The position numbers and the translations under genes were made by a program. A stretch of 64,000 nucleotides of DNA, from contig NC_082706.1 in NCBI RefSeq assembly GCF_030144855.1, positions 200,446,001 to 200,510,000 on the forward strand, read 5' to 3'. Below are positions 50,429 to 62,974 of the stretch, one piece after another. The stretch is from Hypanus sabinus (taxonomy: Eukaryota). The stretch's first letter is position 1; each line of letters opens with the position of its first letter. The notes beneath the pieces are model-generated. The model had not been told where the DNA came from and did no database searches. It saw nothing but the letters and a program-made list of their open reading frames with translations.

Positions 50429-51356
50429 ATCTGGATGATGGGGTGGTAAATTGGATTAGTAAGTATGCAGATGATACTAAGGTAAGTGGCGTTGTGAATA
50501 ATAAAGGAGGTTTTCAAAGTTTGCAGAGAGATTTAGGCCAGTTAGGTGGGCTGAATGATGGCATATGGAGTTTAATGCTGATAAGTGTGAGGTGCTACAT
50601 TTTGGTAGGAATAATCCAAATAGGACATACATGGTAAATGATAGGGCACTGAAGAATGCAGTAGAACAGAGTGATCTAGGAATAATGGTGCATAGTTCCC
50701 TGAAGGTGGAATCTCATGTGGATAGGTTGGTGAAGAAAGCTTTGGTATGCTGGCCTTTATAAATCAGAGCATTGAGTATAGGAGTTGGGATGTAATGTTA
50801 AAAAATTGTACAAGGCATTGGTAAGGCCAAATTTGGAGTATTGTGTACAGTTCTGGTCACCGAATTATAGGAAAAATGTCAACAAAATAGAGAGAGTACA
50901 GAGAAGATTTACTAGAATGTTACCTGGGTTTCAGCACCTAAGTTACAGAGAAAGGTTGGACAAGTTAGTTTTTTATTCTTTGGAGCGTAGGTTGAGCGGG
51001 GACTTGATAGAGGTATTTAAAATTATGAGGGGGATAGGCTTTTTCCATTGAGAGTAGGGGGAATTCAAACAAGAGGACATGAGTTGAGAGTTAGGGGGCA
51101 AAAGTTTAAGGGTAACACGAGGGGGAATTTCTTTACTCAGAGAGTGGTAGTTATGTGGAATAAGCTTCCAGTAGAAGTGGTAGAGGCAGGTTTGGTATTG
51201 TCATTTAAAGCAAAATTGGATAGGTATATGAACAGGAAAGGAATGGAGGGTTATGGGCTGAATGCGGGTCAGTGGGACTCGGTGAGAGTAAGCGTTTGGC
51301 ACGGTCTAGAAGGGCTGAGAGGGCCTCTTTCCGTGTTGTAATTGTTATATGGCTAT
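50429..51356 (+). mobile_element. 5'-truncated CR1, same family as 10155-11975 but frameshifted
   Basis: LDDGVVNWISKYADDTK... nearly collinear with 11027-11975. Confidence 0.92.
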
Positions 51357-54300
51357 GTCTTTAATCAGGTTGCAACAGGATATTCAAGAACTCACTAGTT
51401 TGCATCTGTCGCAAGCATCTCACTAAATCCTAAAGTCACAACAATAAGCACCTTTTTGTCGCTGGTTCAAAGAATGTCATATATTTTCTAAATAAAATAT
51501 CCTATTCAAAACTTTGAAACAGTTTTATTTTTCAGATACACCTGTAACATTATATTTAACATATAATATCCATAACCTTTTAAATATAAATATTGATGGC
51601 ACATTAGAATAATTAGTACAGTTGACTAAAATAAACAGAGGGTGGGGCCACAAAGGTGAATGAAACTCATAAATGGGCCAAGAGCAGAAAAGGGTTGAGT
51701 AGCACCAACTTAGATCACATTTCTTCCCCATTCTCCTGTTTGGCCTGGACAGCAACTAAACGTCTTTACCACGTCTGAGTGCTTTTCTGCATTGAGTTGC
51801 TGCCACATGATTGGCTGATTTGACCTTTGTTAACCAGGTGTATTTAATGAAGTGGACACTGAGTGCATATGTACTTTAATAATAAATTTACTTTGAACTT
51901 TTGAAAGAGCAGCAGAAATCAGACAGGGGGAAGCAGTGAGAAGGAATCACAGGAAAACATTCTTCTTCTCTTCAATAGGAATTTTGGAGTCCCTTTTGAC
52001 AGAATGAACTCTGTTATTGAAATTATCAGCATTCCAGCAACCAGAAATGCTAAGGAGCACTAGGTTAAATAAACTCCTTTTAATGTTTCCATTCACATAA
52101 GTGCAAAAAATTAAAAGTCATAGGTCAAGATACACTGTGCTTTGAAGTTAGTTTCCAGCGACTGAAGCAGAGCATATGTGTTATTCAACAAGACTACCCA
52201 AATGAACAGGTGTAAAATACTGCTCTAAATTATTCAGATAGAGGGGGAAATTACTTGCATTTATATTGTGCCCTTTACAACCTTAGGATGTAGTGAAGAG
52301 CAATGTAGCCTATCTGGTTTTGAACCCCAAACATTGTTTTTGGAACCTTCTTAGGTGAAAGCTGGATGCTATGTTTCACAATATTGACTGAGGGATAATT
52401 ATCCATGATACCTTGATATTTTTGGAATGCCTTATCAAAACTTTGAGGTCTCATTGATAATGTGACATGACACAATTTACAGAAGGACTTCCAGCAATTA
52501 ATCAATTGGTCAATGTTGCACTGGAGTGTTAGCTTAGACCCCCAGCACTCTCTTGACAGTAAGTTTTGAGCACAACCTTCAACTTAGTGGCAAGAAATCT
52601 TCCCATGAGCCATATTTAGGAAACCTGACTGAGCTACCAAGTGGCCTGTTGCAAATTAAGAAATCAGAAAGCAGTTTGAGTTCTGCACAGAATAAGAGAT
52701 CTCCAAGATCTCTGCACATCTTGTATAATTTTCTGGTAAGCCCTTTCAACTTGTCCAGGTCAAAACTTGACAACTTTGGTGCATTGATATTTAATGGGCA
52801 TGATTAAACACTGTGGAATAAAAGTACCTTATTGAGTTAGCCCATTACTTATCCATAGCTCTGCTCCTATTCAGGAAGAAAAGTTGAACGATGTGCTCAA
52901 ATCTTTTTGTATACATTTGTACAATTAACTTTATTTGCTTACATTCAGTGAACCAACTTTTTAAGAAATACTGTTTTCTTGACAGACAATGAACTACCAA
53001 AGCTGAAGCAATGAAGAACCTTCTTTCACGATAAACTAGGACACCTGGCCAAATGACACCATCTTCTGGTGTATCTACAAGCTAAACTCAGGTTGAGACC
53101 AGTAATTTCCCAAGCAATTGCAATATTAGTTAGCCCAAGGAAATAAGTCTAGTTGAGGTGAACCAAACCCTAATAAATACAAACTTAACGCTCAGTTTAC
53201 TTGAGTAAATTCAACGTAATGAAGCCAAAGCAGTTGCTCTACTAGGTCTTGCCAATTAATTTGATATTGTTGGAAGTCATAATTAATACGTATATCTTTT
53301 TTAAACTAAATCAATATATTCCAACTCATTAACTTGTTAAAGTACAGTGCTGCATCACAGCACCAGACATCAGGGTTCAATCCTGAATTCAGGTACTTCT
53401 GCGAGTTTGTAACTGGCGGAGTTTCCTTTGGACTCTCTGGCTTCCTCTCACATCCAAAAGATGTACAGATTGGTAGGTTAATTGCCCCTGTTGTGTAGCC
53501 AAGTGGTAGATCCATGAGGGTTGATTAGAATGAAGCAAACAGAAAAAATATCCAGGATTAGTTTAAGTGGGTGGTTGATGGTTGGCAAGTGGGCCAAGGG
53601 GCCTGTTTCCAGACTGTTAAGACATTGGATCAAATAGCATAATTCTCCATCAAGTCTGCTCTGTATCACGTCTCATTTAGTACCTCTCTCAATGCCACAT
53701 GGTAGTGAATTTCACAAATTCACCACCCTCTGGCTACAGAAATTTCTTTTAATCTCTATTCTAAAGGGATCCCCTTCTATTCTGAGACTGTGCCCTCTGG
53801 TCCGAGACACCCCACTATAGGAAACATCCACTCTACCACAGTCTTTCAATATTCAGTAGATTTCAATAAGATTGATTTTTTTCATAATTCCTCATTCTTC
53901 TAAACTCCAGCGTGTACAGGTTATTATTAAAGTCTTAATTCTCTATTTAAGTCTTAAAATTATTACTCAAGACTAGAAACTCCTGTTCTTGGAAAGCACC
54001 TGTTACTATTAACAATACAAAGATTAAAGCTTAAGCACCTGAAGATCAAATTTCAAAATCCAAATAAAAGCACCTTGTATCCAGGCTATGTGGGTAGATT
54101 GTATGCCAGTGCACACTAATTGCTTCTGTGAAACAAGAGGATAGAATACACAATTAGTACCCACATGATCCAGGCCATTGAACAACCTACCTCCAACGTA
54201 ACACATGTACACATAGCATAAGATGCTGGAGAAACTCAGGTCAGGCCCTATGGAGCGGAATAAGCAGTCAGCATCTCAAGCAAAGATCCTCCTCCTGTCC

Positions 54301-55404
54301 TCCAGCATTTTGTGTGTTACTCTGGATTTCAAACATCTGCTTAATCTCATCAGTTTATGATTTACTACCTCGAATGTACAACACTGCCATCTGAAATTAT
54401 GGTTCATTAAATTACTCTGGAAGATGCAAACCACTTGCCATACATCAGGTGTCTTTCCTCAGTGGAGATGAAATTCATCTGCATTTTCGGTGTTAGCCTT
54501 TGGTGAACTGAGAAAAGCATGAGAATATCCGGATCTCAAGAGTTGCTTTAGAACTTATGGTACGCCAGGTCAAAGTAATTTTTCCTCCTTTATGCTTGAA
54601 CTTGAGTGACCCTAATGAGGCATCATGCTAGAAAAATATCATCACTATCTCTATTTAATACTGATACCAATATTATCTTCCTCTCCTAGACCAATATCCC
54701 TGGTATCAAAGCACTAGTTATTCTCAGTTACAGAGGTCTAGATATTTGTTCGCATACTCAATGCTATATTCCAGAAGCTGCCATTTCTGGGGAAGCACTG
54801 CCATTGGAGGAAATTAGCAGGGAAAATGAAAGGTTCAGAGATGTGTTCTAAACTTCTTTGTAGAAATGCAACTGATAGTTGAGAAAAAAAAATTCAAAGA
54901 GCTGCAATCATAAAGCAGATGAAGGGTATGGGAGAGATTGACTTGTTCATCTTGATTCAGAATAGACTTCGACTGTGATCTGCAACCTTTTTGATCTAAG
55001 TTATGCATTGAATAAATTTACTGAGCCATTTAAACTTTCACTTACTTTAAGAACCCAAGTTCTTGATTTCACCTTGTTTTACCTACTGGACATGAAGCCA
55101 TAAGACTATTTCAGTTACATTTTTGATCAATTTAAATTTAATTAACAGGGTCTGATTTGAAAATCATGAGTGCGAGTTCTTTTAAAGTGAGCATGTCAGT
55201 ATACCGAATAGAAGCGTCTTGGTCCAATACATATACAGATCCCAGAAAGCGCAAAACAGACATGATGTGAATTGAATTTGTTGCCAAGTAATTTCAGTCC
55301 TCTGAAATGCTAGTATGTCATCATATCCAGAAACAAAAATCAAAAAGTATTCCATCTTTTAAAATGCCTATTTTTTTAAAAATAAGTATTTTCAGAATAA
55401 ACCT

Positions 55405-55814
55405 CCAAGAGGACCACAAACTTGTGGCTTGGAGGCTTGTATGCCTCAATGACCTGGAGAGCTATGTTGGCTGGAGTCAGGGTTTTATGCTTTGGCTCTT
55501 GGTAGGGTCACCTATGCCAAACAGGTCAAAGGGAGAGGCCGGACTAAGAGTGGTCCACCTGTCCTCCAGGTTCAGGGGTAATGCTCATGGTGAATAACCC
55601 TGACTGGTAAATCAAAATTGTCAGAGAAAGCAATGAAGAATTCTTCCACATCTGAGTATGAAAGTCTTCCTGAGTCTTCAGTTGGGACTTGTGTACGGAC
55701 AGTAGTGAAAATCGAGAGAAAGCTACTAACATGATGAAGGAAGCCCTGAAACCACCAGAGATGGAGGTCCTTCATTGTTGTCCTAAATGCTAGTGGCATA
55801 ATGGGCAGGTAAGT
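55405..55814 (+). mobile_element. RTE-derived SINE-like element (RTE 5' UTR head plus short tail)
   Basis: ttgtggcttggaggcttgtatgcctcaatgacc...ggtagggtcacctatgcc...gactaagagtggtccacc resembles RTE/Expander 5' ends. Possible TSD tcagaat(a/g)aa at 55392-55401 and 55816-55825. Confidence 0.6.
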
Positions 55815-57089
55815 CTCAGAATGAAGTCTTTTGTGGTACAAAATTATTGAATTTATATTAAGAAACTAATACCACACCATGCAATACTAATTAAAGCAGT
55901 TAAGCAGAGACAAAGAATTCTTTTGTACCCTGAAGCAAACAAAGGGGTTATAAAATTCACTCTCCCGCCTTTTCAGCATTGCAAAGCAGCCATGAGATCT
56001 AGTTCCAACGCGCAATTACTACAGAGGAAGAAAAAGTCAGAAATTGTAAGTACACACCTGACTGATAATGCAGTCACATATGACTGATCTTAATCAAAGT
56101 TCAGCAAAAATAATTTGCTAAGAATACTCTTATCAACTTACACAGGAGTCTTTCCCCTCTCATCCTGATCTCTACATTTTACAGATTTTCCATATTCTAG
56201 TTGTATTTTGGTCATTACATTTAGCTCTTTATTCAATTCATTAATAAACAGAAATGCTCTGCTTCTTCCTCCTAAAGATAATTGGGTATTAGGATCCTTT
56301 AATTTAGCAAGTGTTGATATTCATCCTGAATTCGATGAGGAATTTTAAAGCATACTGTACCTAGCCCCACTCGGTTAATTAACTGACGCATAGATAGTCT
56401 AAACTCCAAAAAAATGAAATAACCCCCCAAAATGTTTTAAAATGTCAAAATGATAGTTCAAATTAATAAATACCATCTTAAAAGAACAGTATTAAAAGAA
56501 AATGCGTGATGGAGAATTGATATTGGGACTTAGGAAGTTGGTAAGCAAGTGTCATTAGAAATCCATGCTTGGCCCAGGCATCTGTAACTTTTCTTTCCCA
56601 CTTTTATTATTTTAGCACCAGTTTTAAAGCCAGGTTTACTGAACCATATTTTAACTTATTCCCTCTTGCAAGCATTTCTCTACAGCCACCATGTCAGCTT
56701 GGTAGTTAAGTGGCTGCACAAAGCATGGGGAAATGTCATCTACTGACCCAGAGAATTAGCTTGAATTCCATATTGGCAGTTTGATAATTGAAATTCACAT
56801 AATTTTAAAAATCTGCAATAACAATTCATCGTGGTGACTATAACACTACTAGATCACAAAAACACAATCCAACAAGTTATACCAGAATAGTTTTGCAATC
56901 TGTTAGGTTCAGATATATTTCAGAATGGAGAATAAATGCTATGCTTTCTAGTTTTAAACACCCCTCCCATGGGAAACACTGGCTTCACTAACTTAGAATG
57001 CTACCTATCATTGCAAAAGTAGAGAGAGAACACATTGATGTAATTACGAGAAACACAGCTATATTTCATTAGGTGTTTGAGGAGCTTTG

Positions 57090-57910
57090 ATGTCATCAAT
57101 GACTTGTACTGTGAAGAGCATTCTGACCAGTTGTATCATCGACTGGCATGGAGACGGCAATGCACAGAGTCGGAAAAGGCTGCAGAGGACTATAAACTGA
57201 GTCAGCCACCCCATCACTGAGGATATTGTTAAAAGGCAGCATCAATCATTATGAACCTTCATCATCTGAGACATGCCTTCTTCTCAACTACCATGGAAGA
57301 AGAGCCTGAAGACACACATTCAATGTTTTAGGAACAGTTTAGTCTGCTCCACTGTCTGAATGGTCAATGAACACTCACTATTTGCTCTTTTTGCACTTTT
57401 TAAAAATATATTTCTTATTGTAACTTATAGAGTGGGCACTTTAATAGGTACCTCCATATCTAATAAAGTGGCCACTGACTATGTTCGCAGTCTGCTGCTG
57501 TAGCCCATCTACTTCAAGGTTCAATGCCTTGCGCATTCAGAGACCCTCTTCTGCACATCATAGTTGTAACTCATGATTACTTGAGTTATTGTCGCCTTCT
57601 TGTCAGTTTGAACCAGTTGGGCCATTCTCCTATGACTTCTTGCATTAACCCACAGAACTGTCACTCACTGGACATTTTTCTTTGCTCCCCATTCTGATGC
57701 TTGGTCTGAATAATGGAACCTCTTGCCCATGCATGCACAATTTTTAATGCATTGAGTTGTTGCCAGATTATTGGCTGATTAGATATTTGCATTAACAAGC
57801 AGCTATACCTAATAGAGTGTATAGTAATTTTTTATGTTTTGCCCTCTAATGTTGCTGCAAAACAACAAATTTCATGACTTATCTATATCAGTGATAAGAA
57901 ATCTACTCTA
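57090..57910. mobile_element. Rex1/Babar 3' fragment (+) with a Tc1 derivative (copy 4, about 57430-57819) inserted in its TA-rich tail
   Basis: CTVKSILTSCI..WHG remnant. Tc1 body collinear with the other copies. Confidence 0.72.
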
Positions 57911-60555
57911 ATAACAAAAACAAAGAATGTTAAGTTCACTCACAAATGACAGAGAAATCAGGGGTAATGATGCTTAGAACATGGAAGTATCCTGCATCAT
58001 CTCTGTCAGAACAATTCACCTCTCCCCACACTCCACCCCCACCCAACTGTTCTTCATAAACCAAATTCTCTCCTTTCTTGATATGTCTTACTGCCTTTTA
58101 AATGGTAAAGCTAAATCTGCCTACACTACTTCAGCACATAGACCCAAGTCTGCACCATAGAAGCCAAGCAAATTTTCAGAATGTTTTCATTCTTTTGCCA
58201 ATCACTTTCATCCTTTGTGCCCTGCAGATTTACATCTTTGATATATAGAACATTTTTAAAATCTACTGTCCATGATCTCTGCAGGATACAGTCATATCTG
58301 CTACAGCAAAAACCACTACCCCAGCTTCTCCAGTCTTCTCTCAAATCAAAAGCACAACATTCCTGGAATCAATCTGCTAAATATGAGCAAGCAAATCTCA
58401 AGGTTGTAGAATTTATACATTTATTGATAATAAACATACTTGAATCTTAAAATATCTTCTGCAATCTCTCTAAAAGCTAAAATCTATACCCTGGTCCCTC
58501 AACAACACCTCTTTAGACAAGAAAAAACACAGCAATGTCTCCACTTCCTGAGGAGATTGGGGCTCACCCACCCCCAATCCAGCTTAACCAATTTTTACCT
58601 GACTGCTGCATTACAGGGATTAAAAGGCATCTAACCACGATGGATTGTGAGGACTGCTGAGAGGATCAGTGGGGTCTCTCTTCCACCCATTAGAGACAGA
58701 TATCAGGAGCAATGTGGACGCAGGGCCCTTGGCATTGTCAGTGATCTCTCCCATCCATCCAATAATCTCTCTGACCCCTCCCCATGACCAACTTTCACAA
58801 CATATGCCAGTGATATTAAATCTGATTCTGATGTGTCACCATACCTTAGTTAAGTGCCTAACATACCATATTTGGAATGTGGGAGAAAACTGGAGCACCT
58901 GGAGGAAACCCATGCAGTCATGGGAAGAATGCACAGGCAGTAATGGGAGTCAAACTCTGATTGGTGATTGCTGGAGCTATAAAGTGATTATGCTGACCTC
59001 CATGTTACTGTGCCACCCATGCAACTTAATTGCCGCTGGAATTTGTACTTCACATGCCAATTTTTAGCACAGTCCTATTCAACTATATCCTTTGCAAAGT
59101 CCAGCAGCATTGTTTTATTCATTATTTATTGACATATTCTGAAATGGTACAGAATAGGCCATTTTAGTCCTTCAAAGCCTGCAGACCAGCAATCCCCCGA
59201 TCTAATCCTAGCCTAATCACGGGACAATAACCAATTAACCTACCGATGGTAGGTCTTTGAACTTTGGGAGGAAACCTATGCAATCACAGGGAAAACACAC
59301 AAACTCCTTATATGGAGCGGGGGAATTGAATCTGGATTGTTGGTACTGTAAATCATTGTGTTAACCACTATGCTACCATGCATTTTTGTTAGAAATGTAG
59401 TGTATTTAACTAGTACCTTTACTCTGCTACTACATTCATGAACAGATTTCCTATTTGGTTTCCGACTGGGTTCTTACATTTTTCCTCTTCATATTCCTGC
59501 ATTGCTTTTGCTTCTCTTATTGACTCCCCCCCCTCCACATTTTGACTATTTAAAAATCTTCCCTCTCAACTCTGTAATTAACCTCACACTTGCATTATCC
59601 ATCTCAAATTTCTTTCTCTCCCCCACCCACTTTCCTTTTCATCTAGGTAATTCTGGCTTTCGCTTGATTACACTTCTTCCCTACTTCAAAGAGCAGCATG
59701 CTACTTGTGCCAGCCAATTATCAATTTCACAATGACTTTATATCATACATGTGATTTTGTCATTTCACTTTGCTGACTGATGGATCTAACAGTGCTCAAA
59801 ACTGGTTGCTACATTTCCTACAAAACAACTAATTTGACTGCAACATGATCCTGAAGGTTTATGACAGAATGTTCTGGAGAAGACACCTTGAGTGGGAATC
59901 TAGAACCTTGGAAGCCAAGGTTGCTATTTAGTATATAGATGAGATGATTTTCCTTTCGGGGATGTGTGTCATTGCAACACTTCCTCAGTGGTTTACAGAA
60001 GCAGAGTGTCTTTGAATATGATTTTCATAGTGCTAGATACCACCTATATTGGGAATCTGAAGCTGAATCATGATTGTATGGGCTAATTCAATATGCCACC
60101 TGAAATCAGTGCTCTCCTCAAGCAAGTTTTAATCAGATCCGATGCAATATGGATCCATTTTAACTGTGGCTTCTCAGAGCTGGGCAGTGAGGCAAGCCTC
60201 AGCCAGTATACTGAAGCCCCAAACTCCAGAATGCTCCAGCTCCTGTCCAACTTGGCAAAATTCTCTAACAATTTTAATGTCAAAGTTATTTAGAAATGTA
60301 GAATTACTTCAAAAATATTAAAGTTCAAAGTAAACTCATAAGTATATGTTGCCTTGAGATTCATTTTCTTGTGGGCAATTCACAGTTGAGAATAAAAAAG
60401 CACAACAGAATCAATTAAAAACTACACACAAAGGTGGACAAACAACTAATGTGCAAAAGACAAAGTGCAAATACAAATAAATGATAATAATAAATTATTG
60501 AGAACAAGAATTGTAAAATCTTTGAAAGTGAGTCCATAGTTTGTAGGATCAGTTC

Positions 60556-61392
60556 ATAGAAACACAGAAAACCTACAGCACAATATAATACAGGCCCTTT
60601 GGCCCACAAAGCTGTGCCGAACATGTCCCTACCTTAGAACTACCTAGGTTTACCCAGAGACCTCTATTTTTCTAAGATCCATGTATCTATCCAGGAGTCT
60701 CTTAAAAGACCCTATCGTTTCTGCCTCCACCGCTGCTGCCAGCAGCCCATTCCACGCATTCATCACTCTCTGCGTAAAAAACTTACCCCTGACATCTCCT
60801 CTGTACCTACTCCCCAGCAGCTTAAACCTGTGTCCTCCTATGGCAACTATTTCAGCCCGGGGGAAAAAGCCTCTGACCATCCACACGATCAATGCCTCTC
60901 ATCTTGTACAGCTCTATCAGGTCACCTCTCATCCTCTGTCACTCCAAGGAGAAAAGGCCAAGTTCACTCAACCTATTCTCATAAGGCATGCTCCCCAATC
61001 CAGGCAACATCTTTGTAAATCTCCTCTGCATCCCTTCGATGGTTACCACACCCTTCCACAGTACTCCAAGAGGGGTCTGATGAGGGTCCTATATAGCTCC
61101 AACATTACCTCTTGGCTCTTAAACTCAATCCCATGATTGATGAAGGCCAATGCACCATGTGCCTTCTTAACCACAGAGTCAACCTGCGTAGCAGCTTTGA
61201 GCATCCTAAGGACTCGGATGCCAAGATTCCTCTGATCCTCCACACTGCCAAGAGTCTTACCATTAATACTATATTCTGCCATATTTGACCTACCAAAATG
61301 AACCACCTCATACTTATCTGGGTTGAACACCATCTGCCACTTCTCAGTCCAGTTTCGCATCCTATCAATGTCCCACTGTAACCTCTGACAGT
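60556..61392 (-). mobile_element. 5'-truncated CR1 inserted in a Rex-type tail
   Basis: ORFs 61043..61360 and 60650..60892 carry CR1 ORF2 C-terminal motifs. Host sequence atcagttca...gttcagtgttga resumes on both sides. Confidence 0.88.
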
Positions 61393-61454
61393 TCAGTGTT
61401 GACTAATCTGTACACTAAAATTAAAACATACTAATAATTAAAACCAATAACATG

Positions 61455-61770
61455 GGATGGTGTGGTGGAAATACATTTCTGCCAAAGGTGTAAGGCGCTC
61501 CTTCACTCCACTAGACTGCAGATCGCACTTAGACAAGGTGCATGCTTAGCCACCCCCCCCCCCACCTCCCCAATCAGGGTCATGTGATTATGTGAACACT
61601 GATGCCAGGCGGACAACTTCTGAAGAGTATTGATAATGGCTGGGGTTACTCATCATGTACAGAAACTGCCCAGAAGCAGACAACGGCAAACCACTTCTGT
61701 GGAAAAAATTTCCAAGAACAATTATGGTCATGGAATGACCATTATCACCCATGTCATAATGAATGAACTT
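61455..61770 (+). mobile_element. RTE-tailed SINE-like repeat (tail also at about 27430-27475)
   Basis: acggcaaaccacttctg motif typical of RTE/BovB-related SINEs. Tail atcacccatgtcata shared with 27430. Confidence 0.5.
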
Positions 61771-62239
61771 GGAAAAAAAGACTTTTTCCTTCCTAACCTT
61801 CATGTCAGGATTAGCCCTATAAAAGAATGGAGATATAGATCCTATGCCAATTCAAGTTGGCAAAGGATCAGAGGAGGAATCTCAGTATAAGCAGCCTCTG
61901 CTGCTGGACTTGACATTACAGCTCACCACCAGAGCAGAGTAATGGTTGCTTCAACATTTGGCTTGTCCTAGACTTGGGATGGAGCCAGCAAGTCTGGGAC
62001 ACATTTGTCTGAGTGACTGAATGCCAGAAGTTCCCTTCAGAATCACAAACCACAGTAAGCTCACTCCGGTCCCATAGTTAGCTTCTTTGATGTATTAGGA
62101 ACAATTTTCAGTTATGCCTCAAAGCACCAGTATGCACAAAGTAGAGTGCAATGGTTGCTTTATGTACAATGCTACATGAGATACTGATTTTTCATTTAAT
62201 ATTCTGGGTGTGCCAACACTAATTTGAAAGCAATGAGAA

Positions 62240-62522
62240 TTAAGACCATAAGATATAGCAGTATTAAGCCACTTGGCCCGTCAAGTATGCTCCGCCATTT
62301 CATCATGGCTGATCCATTTTTCCTCTCAGCACGAATTTCTTGCCTTCACCCCATATCCCTTCACACCCTGACCAATCAAGAACCTATCAACCTCTGTCTT
62401 AAATATACATAAAAACCTGTTTTCCACAGCTGCCTGTGGCAATGAATTTCACAGATTTACCACTCTCCAGTTAAAGAAATTCCTCATCTCCATTCTAAAT
62501 GAATGACCCTCTATTCTAAGAC
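62240..62522 (-). mobile_element. CR1 3'-end fragment (similar fragments at about 53660-53920 minus and 43165-43460 plus)
   Basis: taagaccataagatatagcag...aatcaagaacctatcaacctctg. Confidence 0.75.
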
Positions 62523-62974
62523 AATTAAATGTCCATCAACCAAGTATTACATAAATATATAGAAAAGTCCATACCAATTGTTAAGTATAACTCTAACAGC
62601 AGGTTTTTCCATCTATATAATATCCCAGCTCAGGATAAACTTGATCCAAATGTTTGATGCATTGTAAATATAGGCACTGTTTCTGTTTAATACATAATTG
62701 CATTGTTCCAAAGTCAATATACTGTGACAATACAAGCAAACTAATTGACTGTACAGCTACGCTTGCAATCATTCATCCAAAAGAAGAAACAGAAATATTC
62801 TCTCTGCCAACACAATTCCCATATGTTTAAAGGTATAACAATCTGTCCTATTATTAAACAATGTGTCAGCTTCAAGCCTTGTAGAATGCTATCACTATTC
62901 AGGAACTGTTGTTACAGTAAAGTAAATGTAAAACTAATAGGATTTGATCTTTCAATCCCTATAATAAGTTGGCA

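Larger units (their letters stand above)
47990..51707 (+). mobile_element. hAT (Buster/Charlie-type) transposon relic with C-terminal transposase pseudogene
   Basis: After removing inserts: DSIVV|FLSDKQLREQIVAAKSDAFYLSNIFEKLN...RFKDLLEMHFPDWVVDPF...LVELQSD...LWDKV.LFLI..FTSYL..CGFS...LDIVKRGDLQL|SLIRLQQDIQELTSLHLSQASH* (stop 51424-51426). Right terminus aagggttgagtagcacca. Confidence 0.82.
47751..51865 (-). mobile_element. Tc1 internal-deletion derivative (copy 3), split by a hAT insertion
   Basis: TIRs cactcagtggcctctttattaagta / tatttaatgaagtggacactgagtg. Body at 47751-47986 and 51708-51865. ORF 51525..51755 contains MGKKCDLS. Confidence 0.82.

Noticed and set aside
1262-54364. Recurring palindromic repeats as a CRISPR array or bacterial REP elements
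   Set aside because: They are dispersed, not regularly spaced, carry TSDs and derive from the Penelope-like element. The context is a spliced vertebrate gene.
61615-61700. CTGAAGAG in the RTE-tailed SINE as another hammerhead core
   Set aside because: No stem II closed by GAAA and no stem I/III partner at the required spacing.
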